In this document: one piece after another, positions 56,755-64,000 of the stretch
Layout: the number at the start of each line of letters is the position of its first letter
Numbering within the stretch: position 1 is the stretch's first letter
NCBI GenBank assembly: GCA_965204725.1
Contig: OZ242005.1
Span: 4,736,001-4,800,000 of the forward strand
Length of the DNA stretch: 64,000 nucleotides
From: Candidatus Latescibacterota bacterium
GTDB taxonomy: Bacteria; Latescibacterota; UBA2968; UBA8231
Reading direction: 5' to 3'
The notes under the pieces: generated by a model
The model's input: the letters and a program-made list of their open reading frames with translations, nothing else
Database searches by the model: none
What the model was told of the DNA's origin: nothing
Translations under genes and position numbers: made by a program

Positions 56755-58058
56755 GCCACCTTGCTTGGGTCAACTCACTGCCTGAGTCTTGGGAGGTGAA
56801 GCCGCTTCGGGCGACGACTGATTATGTGGTAAGTAACGTCGATAAATTGTCGGTTGACCACGAAATACCGGTTCGATTGTGCAATTACACGGACGTTTAC
56901 AACAACGATTTCATTTCTATGAGCCTCGACTTCATGCAGGCAACAGCGACCGAAGACGAGATCGAGAAATTCGGCTTACAAGTCGGAGATGTTGTCATCA
57001 CGAAGGATTCAGAGTCATGGGATGACATAGGTGTCCCCGCACTTGTCCGGGAGACAGCCGACGACCTCGTGTGCGGTTATCACCTCGCGCTTCTTCGTCC
57101 CCGTCGCCACCAGTTGGCAGGTGCATTCCTGCTCCGGTGCCTCCAAGCAAAGCCGATATGTGTCCAACTGGAACTTGCTGCGAATGGAGTGACTCGCTTT
57201 GGGCTAGCGAAGTCTGAGATAGGGGGTGTCACGTTGCCGGTGCCGCCGCTTTCAATCCAGTACGCCATCGCCGACTACCTTGACCGCGAGACGGCGCGGC
57301 TGGATGCACTGGTGGCAGAAAAGGAGCAACTGCTGGAACTGTTGGCCGAGAAACGCCGTGCGCTCATCACCCGCGCCGTCACCCGCGGCCTCGACCCAAA
57401 CGTCCCGCTCCGCGACTCCGGTGTTTCATGGCTCGGCGAGATTCCGACGCATTGGAAGGTGATCCTATTGCGCTTTGCCTGCTGCTCAATTGAGACGGGT
57501 GGAACACCGTCTATCGATTACGTGGATGATACGAGCGAAACCAGTGTGGACTGGTTTACTCCTGGCGATTTTGGAAGCGATCTAGTTCTCCGCGAGTCGT
57601 CACGCAGACTCGCTCAAGAGGCGGTGTCATCGGGGAAGGCTAAGCTATTCCCGGCTGGTTCTGTGTTTGTTGTAAGTATAGGAGCGACACTCGGGAAGGT
57701 GGGAATCATCGAAGCACCAGCCTCTGCCAATCAACAGATCAACGTCATGATTCCGCGAGGTACTGTTGAGCCACATTTCCTTGCTCATGTTCTTTGGATA
57801 CTTGGGGACGTAATGGGTGCAATGGCTAACAGTGCAACATTACCGATTCTGAATCAGCAAAGAATGGGAGAAATACGTGTTCCGGTTCCTCCAGTTTCCG
57901 AGCAGCGAGAGATCGTGTCTGCTATCGCAAGCGAGACAAAAAGGATCGAGTGCGTTTGGATAGCTGCCGAACACACGATTGCACTTCTCAAGGAACGCCG
58001 CTCTGCCCTCATCGCGGCTGCCGTGACCGGGCAGATTAACGTAGGGAGCGCGACATGA
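56751..58058 (+). CDS. hsdS: Type I RM specificity subunit
   Basis: Two TRDs with conserved spacers PPLSIQYAIADYLD...LAEKRRALITRAVTRGL and LKERRSALIAAAVTG. Confidence 0.93.
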   Translation: MSHLAWVNSLPESWEVKPLRATTDYVVSNVDKLSVDHEIPVRLCNYTDVYNNDFISMSLDFMQATATEDEIEKFGLQVGDVVITKDSESWDDIGVPALVRETADDLVCGYHLALLRPRRHQLAGAFLLRCLQAKPICVQLELAANGVTRFGLAKSEIGGVTLPVPPLSIQYAIADYLDRETARLDALVAEKEQLLELLAEKRRALITRAVTRGLDPNVPLRDSGVSWLGEIPTHWKVILLRFACCSIETGGTPSIDYVDDTSETSVDWFTPGDFGSDLVLRESSRRLAQEAVSSGKAKLFPAGSVFVVSIGATLGKVGIIEAPASANQQINVMIPRGTVEPHFLAHVLWILGDVMGAMANSATLPILNQQRMGEIRVPVPPVSEQREIVSAIASETKRIECVWIAAEHTIALLKERRSALIAAAVTGQINVGSAT

Positions 58059-59305
58059 TCGTCACAGGTCTCAAGCTAACCAACCTCCGCGCCATCAAGG
58101 CAGCCGAGTTCCGCTTCCCGGAGATGCCGGGCTTCAATCTCATTGTCGGCGTCAACGGAGTCGGCAAAACGAGCGTACTGGATGCGCTGAGCGTTTGCCT
58201 TTCGGGAGTAGTGAAATCGGCGAATAAGCTCCGAGGCCAAGTCAAGAGGTTCTCGGACGACGACATCCGTATCGGGGCCGACTCCCTTACGGTCGAGCTT
58301 ACGGTCAAGTGGGACATCCAAATGGACCAAGAGTATAGCTACCTCGTCCACAAGCCACGCGAGGCGAGTGCTCCGCAAAAGAAGAAGGCGGGACTGCCGC
58401 GAGAGCAGGTTCACGAGACGCCGGAGAGAAGGCAGTTCATTGGTGATGCGCCGCCCACTGTATCCGGCGACGAGCGCGACGGAAGGCCGCTTGCACTATT
58501 CTTTTCGACCAATCGCGCAGTGCCGTCCGAGCGAGCTCCGCGAAAGGGTGTCGCTGCCGGAGGTATAGAAGCGGCGTTCGCGGATGCTTTCTTGGATCGC
58601 GAGCTTCGGCTCGGCGAGATCGGTGACTGGCTGAAGGTCCAAAAATCCTTATGCAACGAACCTGTACTGGCCGCCTGCGAAGATGCCGTGAAGAGCTTCC
58701 TTCCGGGCTACGCGAATCTGCGGCTAGGAGATAAGGGTCGCCCGCAACTTTGGATTGATCGGGATTCTACGACAATTCCTGTCCGGCAACTCTCGGATGG
58801 CGAACGCGGGATACTGGCCCTCGTATTGGACCTGACCCGGCGGCTTGCACAGGCCAACCCCAATCTCACCGACCCGGTCTCCCAAGCCGGAGCGGTCATC
58901 CTGATCGACGAAATCGACTTGCATCTGCACCCGAAGTGGCAGCGGCAAATCGTTCACAAGCTGACTGAAACCTTTCCGGGCTGCCAGTTCATCGCTACAA
59001 CCCACTCGCCGCAGGTAATCGGCGAAATATCCCACGCATGCATCCAGATCATCTCAGACGGCAAGGTCTGTTTGCCGACCCACTCCCTTGGCGTCGATTC
59101 AAGCCGAGTCTTGGAAGAGATTATGGACGCGGAGCCGCGAACAAAGAAGGTGAAAAAACTGCTGTCGAATGTATCGCAAGTGATCGGAAAAGAGCAGTTC
59201 GACCAAGCCCGAGGCTTAGTAGAGGAACTCGCTGATTACCTCGGAGATAATGACCCCGAAGTAACGAGGCTGCTGACACTTCTTGAGTTCATGGAGGGGG
59301 AATGA
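58055..59305 (+). CDS. ABC-type ATPase, Septu PtuA/retron-effector-like
   Basis: GVNGVGKT, QLSDGE, LIDEIDLHLHPKWQ, QFIATTHSP. Confidence 0.85.
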   Translation: MIVTGLKLTNLRAIKAAEFRFPEMPGFNLIVGVNGVGKTSVLDALSVCLSGVVKSANKLRGQVKRFSDDDIRIGADSLTVELTVKWDIQMDQEYSYLVHKPREASAPQKKKAGLPREQVHETPERRQFIGDAPPTVSGDERDGRPLALFFSTNRAVPSERAPRKGVAAGGIEAAFADAFLDRELRLGEIGDWLKVQKSLCNEPVLAACEDAVKSFLPGYANLRLGDKGRPQLWIDRDSTTIPVRQLSDGERGILALVLDLTRRLAQANPNLTDPVSQAGAVILIDEIDLHLHPKWQRQIVHKLTETFPGCQFIATTHSPQVIGEISHACIQIISDGKVCLPTHSLGVDSSRVLEEIMDAEPRTKKVKKLLSNVSQVIGKEQFDQARGLVEELADYLGDNDPEVTRLLTLLEFMEGE

Positions 59306-59967
59306 GGACGATCACCAAGGGGCGAGAACCTGCGAATCTTACGCAGCATCGCTTGACGCCGCCAAGCGACGGCTACAAACCCAGCTACGACAACTACCCG
59401 TATAAGGAAGCACTCCGGGAAGTTCTAGTGAGAGAACAGCGTGGACTCTGCTGTTACTGCATGAAAAAGATTAGCAGCGACCGAGAAGAAATGAAGATTG
59501 AACATTGGCGATCCCAGAGTCTGTATCCGACCGAGCAGCTCAGTTATCGCAATATCCTCGCCGCGTGTCTGGGCGGGGAAGGACAGCCGCCACACCACCA
59601 ACACTGCGACACGCGCAAGGGAGACAAGGATCTCAAATGGAATCCGGCTGAGCCGGCACATAGTATCGAAACGCGGCTTCGATATGAGGCAGATGGCAGT
59701 ATCCGGTCCGATGACCCCACGTTTGACACCCAGCTCTGCCAAGTGCTGAACCTCAATCTCGCGGAACTAAAGAACAGGCGAAAAGATGTCCTCGACATAG
59801 TTCTTGGATGGTGGAGTCGCGAGAAGGCAAAAATCAAAGGTCCCGTACCGCGATCAAGATTTGAACAGAAACGCGACCAGTGGGCAGGCGGAGCGGGTGC
59901 GCTCAAACCGTACTGCCAAGTCGTCATCTGGTGGCTGGATCAGCGCTTGAAGAGGATGCCCGCATGA
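59302..59967 (+). CDS. HNH endonuclease, PtuB/TIGR02646-like
   Basis: [29 protein letters not shown]. Confidence 0.85.
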   Translation: MRTITKGREPANLTQHRLTPPSDGYKPSYDNYPYKEALREVLVREQRGLCCYCMKKISSDREEMKIEHWRSQSLYPTEQLSYRNILAACLGGEGQPPHHQHCDTRKGDKDLKWNPAEPAHSIETRLRYEADGSIRSDDPTFDTQLCQVLNLNLAELKNRRKDVLDIVLGWWSREKAKIKGPVPRSRFEQKRDQWAGGAGALKPYCQVVIWWLDQRLKRMPA

Positions 59968-62900
59968 GCGACTCCCGCCATTCCGAAGCCGCCTTCGAGG
60001 CCGTAATCGAAGCGCACCTGCTCCAAAACGGCTACATCCCCATTGCCCGCGAAGGCTTCGACCGCGACCATGCGATCTTTCCCGCCACCGTCCTCGCTTT
60101 CATCCGCGAGACCCAGCCCGTAGAATGGGCCAAACTAGAAGCACTCCACGGCGACCAGACCGGCGAGCAGATTCTCACGGACCTGTGCAAGTGGATGGAC
60201 GCCAACGGCTCGCTCGCGACCCTGCGCCACGGCTTCAAGTGCTACGGACGGACGCTCCACGCGGCATTCTTCAAGGCGGCCCATGAACTGAACCCGGAAC
60301 TCGAAGCCCGCTACGCAGCCAACCGGATCGGCCTCACCCGCCAACTCCGCTTTTCCCCTCAATCGGAGAAATCGCTCGACATAACGCTGAGCCTGAACGG
60401 CATCCCCATCGCCACGGTCGAGCTCAAAAACCCGCTCACCGGGCAGACGGTAGAGGATGCGATTGGCCAGTACCGGCGCGACCGCGACCCCCGCGAGCCG
60501 ATCTTCGAGTTCAAACGCCGCACACTCGTTCACTTTGCCGTTGATACAGAATGCGTGTGTATGACCACGCGCCTAGCCGGCGACGCCACTCACTTCCTGC
60601 CCTTCGACAAGGGATGCAACGGCGGCGCTGGGAATCCACACGATGGCCGCGCCTATCGGACAGCGTACCTCTGGGAAGAAGTGCTCGCCCGGGATAGCCT
60701 GCTCGATGTGCTCGCCCGGTTCGTCCACTTGCAGACCGAAGAGAAGCGCGACGACTACGGCCGCAAGGTAAAGGCTGAGGCGATGATCTTCCCGCGCTAC
60801 CACCAGCTCGATGCCGTCCGGCTACTCGTGCAGAAGGCGCGCTGCGAGGGCGTCGGCAACAACTACCTCATTGAGCACTCGGCTGGCAGCGGCAAGAGCA
60901 ATACGATCGGCTGGCTCGCGCACCGCCTCGCTTCCCTGCACGACGAGGCAAACGAGCGCGTCTTCGACAGCGTGATCGTGGTGACCGATCGCGTCGTGTT
61001 AGACCAGCAACTGCAAGACACGATCTACCAGTTCGAGCACAAGCTCGGGGTCGTCCAGAAAATTGACGAGCGTTCCCGCCAGCTTGCCGAGGCCCTAGAA
61101 AACGCCGTCCCAATTATCATCACCACGCTACAGAAGTTCCCCTTTGTGTCGCGGCAATTGCTCAAGATGGCGGAGGAGCAGGGCGTTGAGGGGACGGGGG
61201 TACTGCCTACCCGACGCTGCGCCGTTATCATCGACGAAGCACACAGCTCACAGGGCGGGGAGGCATCAACGGATCTCAAGGAGGTCCTAGGGGGCGAAAA
61301 TCTGCTGGAAGAGGCTCGGAAACGAGCTGAGGAGGAAGGCCGTGCGGACCAAGAGGAACTATTCCGCAGCATGGCCAAGCGCGGCCAGCAAGCGAACCTG
61401 AGTTTCTTCGCCTTCACGGCCACGCCCAAACACAAGACCCTTGCCGTGTTCGGCCAAGACGGCGAGCCGGTCCATCGCTACGCGATGCGTCAGGCAATCG
61501 AGGAAGGCTTCATCCTCGATGTGCTCAAGCACTACACCACGTACGCGACCTACTTCAAATTGCTCAAGGCTTGCGAAGACGATCCAAACGTCGAGCGGAA
61601 GAAAGCAGCCCTAGCGTTAGCGCGTTTTCTACGCCTGCACCCCCACAACATCGCGCAGAAGACGGAGGTGATGGTCGAGCACTTCCACGCCGTCACGCGC
61701 CACAAGATCGGCGGTCGCGCCAAAGCAATGGTCGTCACCGGCTCCCGACTGGAAGCGGTGCGATACAAGCAGAGCTTTGATCGCTACATCCAAAAGAAAC
61801 AGTACGCAATCAAAACACTGGTAGCCTTCTCGGGCGAAGTTCGAGACGACCAACTCCCGAGCGAATCATACACCGAAGAGAAGATGAACCTAGGCATCCG
61901 GGAGAAGGAGCTTCCAGAAAAGTTCGCAACACAGGAATACCAAGTGCTGCTCGTCGCGGAGAAATACCAGACCGGATTTGATCAGCCGCTCCTGCACACG
62001 ATGTACGTGGACAAGCGGCTGGCAGGCATCCAAGCGGTCCAGACGCTCTCCCGCCTGAACCGAACCCACCCGCTAAAGGAGGACACGTTTGTTCTCGACT
62101 TTGTAAACGACCGCGAAGAAATCTGCGCGGCGTTCAAGGTCTATTACGAAGGGGCGGAAATGGGAACGGAGGTCGATCCCGCCCGCATGTACGCAGTCAA
62201 GGAAGAACTCGACAAGGCTGGGATATATCTCGACGAAGAGGTTGAGCGGTTCTGTGCAGTGTATTTCAAGCCCAAGCAGCGTCAGAGCCCCCAAGATCAC
62301 CAAGCAATGAACGCCGCGCTCGATCCTGCGGTGACGCGCTTTACCGTCCGGCGGAAAGACGACGAGGCCGAGGCCGATCTCTGGCGCGGAAAGGTCCAAG
62401 CGTTTTGCAACCTCTACGGCTTTCTGAGCCAAGTCATCCCGTATCAGGACTCGGACCTCGAACGCCTGTACGTGTTCCTGCGCCATCTGACGGCAAAGCT
62501 GCCACGGCGTCGGAGTGGCCTCGCCTACCAGTTTGACGACGAGGTGCGGCTCGAGTACTACCGCCTACAAAAAATCAGCGAAGGCTCGATTGCCCTCGCC
62601 GGCGGTGACGCGCACGCCCTAGATGGGCCGACCGAAGTTGGCAGCGGGGCCGTGCATGAGGAACCGATGCCGCTTTCGCAGCTCATTGACGTTGTCAACG
62701 GACGCTTTGGGACCGACTTCAATCAGGCCGACCAGCTCTTCTTCGACCAGATCGTCGAGGCGGCCGTAAGCGACGATGGACTGCGCCAAGCAGCCGCCGT
62801 GAACCCAGAGGACAAATTCGAGTTGGTGTTCAGAAATCTTCTCGAACGGCTCTTCGTCGAGCGCATGGACCAGAACGAGGCGATCTTCGTCCGCTACATG

Positions 62901-63533
62901 AACGACCAATCGTTCCAACAGGTGGTGGGCGAGTGGCTGGCGTCTCAGGCGTACCAGCGGCTCCAAGACACCACCCGCCTGCCGCCTGCTTTGCGCATCG
63001 TCGCCGCCCAGCCCGACGAGCGTTACGTCACCTGCGTCCCGCTCGTGCCACTTGCGATCGCGGCTGGCGAGTTCGGCGATCCTCAAAACGTGGCAGCCGA
63101 GGAGCACTGGGAGTGGGTCGAGGTGGATTCTACACACCGCTTGCGACCGGGGATGTTCGTCGCGCAAATCGTGGGCCACTCAATGGAACCCACGGTCCCC
63201 CACCGAGCCTATGGTTTGTTCCGCGCCCCCGTGGAAGGTACGCGCCAAGGTAAGACGGTGCTGGTTCAACTCCACGACGCTACCGACCCCGAAACCGGGG
63301 CACGGTACACCCTCAAGCGCTATGAAAGCGAGAAGGTCCAAGACGGGGACTCTTGGCGGCACACAACGATCACGCTGAAGCCGACCAATCCCGAGTTCGA
63401 TCCCATCGTGCTCGCGGATGCCGACGAGGGTGAAGTGGCAGTCGTGGCGGAACTGGTGGAAGTGCTCGCTGCAATGCCTGCTGATGGACGCTCAGAAGCT
63501 CCCTACTCAGCGTCCGACAATCCGCCGTCTTGA
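59964..63533 (+). CDS. hsdR: Type I RM restriction subunit with C-terminal S24/LexA-like domain
   Basis: [34 protein letters not shown]; tail contains AAG, GHSMEP and TLKRY. Confidence 0.93.
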   Translation: MSDSRHSEAAFEAVIEAHLLQNGYIPIAREGFDRDHAIFPATVLAFIRETQPVEWAKLEALHGDQTGEQILTDLCKWMDANGSLATLRHGFKCYGRTLHAAFFKAAHELNPELEARYAANRIGLTRQLRFSPQSEKSLDITLSLNGIPIATVELKNPLTGQTVEDAIGQYRRDRDPREPIFEFKRRTLVHFAVDTECVCMTTRLAGDATHFLPFDKGCNGGAGNPHDGRAYRTAYLWEEVLARDSLLDVLARFVHLQTEEKRDDYGRKVKAEAMIFPRYHQLDAVRLLVQKARCEGVGNNYLIEHSAGSGKSNTIGWLAHRLASLHDEANERVFDSVIVVTDRVVLDQQLQDTIYQFEHKLGVVQKIDERSRQLAEALENAVPIIITTLQKFPFVSRQLLKMAEEQGVEGTGVLPTRRCAVIIDEAHSSQGGEASTDLKEVLGGENLLEEARKRAEEEGRADQEELFRSMAKRGQQANLSFFAFTATPKHKTLAVFGQDGEPVHRYAMRQAIEEGFILDVLKHYTTYATYFKLLKACEDDPNVERKKAALALARFLRLHPHNIAQKTEVMVEHFHAVTRHKIGGRAKAMVVTGSRLEAVRYKQSFDRYIQKKQYAIKTLVAFSGEVRDDQLPSESYTEEKMNLGIREKELPEKFATQEYQVLLVAEKYQTGFDQPLLHTMYVDKRLAGIQAVQTLSRLNRTHPLKEDTFVLDFVNDREEICAAFKVYYEGAEMGTEVDPARMYAVKEELDKAGIYLDEEVERFCAVYFKPKQRQSPQDHQAMNAALDPAVTRFTVRRKDDEAEADLWRGKVQAFCNLYGFLSQVIPYQDSDLERLYVFLRHLTAKLPRRRSGLAYQFDDEVRLEYYRLQKISEGSIALAGGDAHALDGPTEVGSGAVHEEPMPLSQLIDVVNGRFGTDFNQADQLFFDQIVEAAVSDDGLRQAAAVNPEDKFELVFRNLLERLFVERMDQNEAIFVRYMNDQSFQQVVGEWLASQAYQRLQDTTRLPPALRIVAAQPDERYVTCVPLVPLAIAAGEFGDPQNVAAEEHWEWVEVDSTHRLRPGMFVAQIVGHSMEPTVPHRAYGLFRAPVEGTRQGKTVLVQLHDATDPETGARYTLKRYESEKVQDGDSWRHTTITLKPTNPEFDPIVLADADEGEVAVVAELVEVLAAMPADGRSEAPYSASDNPPS

Positions 63534-64000
63534 AATATGAGTTTTATGTCGTCGTATGAGAGAATCGTCTTCGCGCCGAGGTTCACTCGCGTCAGCGGGT
63601 TGCCCTTTAGTTGCACGACCTCGGCGATAGACATGCCCTGCATGAGCGCTATCGTCTTTGCCGCTAACTCTTCCTTGGTCGCGGCAAAGGTAAAGGCAAA
63701 CATCTCCTTGACTGTCGCCGCGTTGTACGCATCGGGGTGCTTGCCGAATTTGAAGCGAACCTTTGTTTTGGAGCCGCCAGCTTCCTTGAGGTGAATCTCC
63801 ACCTCGTCTTTTTCCACCTTGGACTTTTCGATCGTTACCTTGGTCCCTCGCCTGTAGTGGCGGACGGATGCCTCTTCCATATTGGCGGCTTCCAACCGCG
63901 CTTCTTCGGCAAAGTCTTCCGCATCAGAAGCCTGTATGTCCCGCACGCCGCCTACCGTCCCTCGATAAGAAACCTCTGGCCCCGGGAATACATTGGTAGC
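63503..64000 (-). CDS. Hypothetical protein (5' end outside the window)
   Basis: Frame stays open to base 64000; C-terminal [14 protein letters not shown] motif. Confidence 0.55.
   Translation of the reverse strand, partial: ATNVFPGPEVSYRGTVGGVRDIQASDAEDFAEEARLEAANMEEASVRHYRRGTKVTIEKSKVEKDEVEIHLKEAGGSKTKVRFKFGKHPDAYNAATVKEMFAFTFAATKEELAAKTIALMQGMSIAEVVQLKGNPLTRVNLGAKTILSYDDIKLIFQDGGLSDAE

Noticed and set aside
58055-59967. Retron system
   Set aside because: The ATPase-HNH pair resembles retron effectors, but no reverse transcriptase or msr/msd is visible.
1-64000. tRNA, rRNA, T-box, integrase or prophage genes
   Set aside because: None recognised by eye. The aspS leader lacks the T-box consensus and is explained by leader peptides.

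Overview
GC-rich bacterial chromosomal segment. The gene content (DUF6785-type transporter, sulfatase, family-5 solute-binding protein, BMC locus, PhyH) suggests a Latescibacterota-like heterotroph; this is inference only. Main contents: (1) a bacterial microcompartment (BMC) operon at 11.3-20.0 kb with a four-domain shell protein coupled to a two-domain one, two DapA-family enzymes and an FAD oxidase; (2) two tandem, unannotated Asn-rich leader-peptide attenuators directly upstream of aspS; (3) three defence-type insertions: a low-GC three-TIR plus membrane-protein cassette bounded by an ~80-bp duplication, a type III-like RM/toxin-antitoxin island, and a type I RM operon with a nested ATPase-HNH pair and an HsdR fused to a LexA-like S24 domain; (4) a close bacterial homologue of vertebrate ANKH; (5) a sigma-54 two-component/ABC permease module; and (6) a nested family of intergenic palindromic repeats and MITEs with both filled and empty target sites visible. 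All family assignments come from motif recognition by eye; no searches were run.
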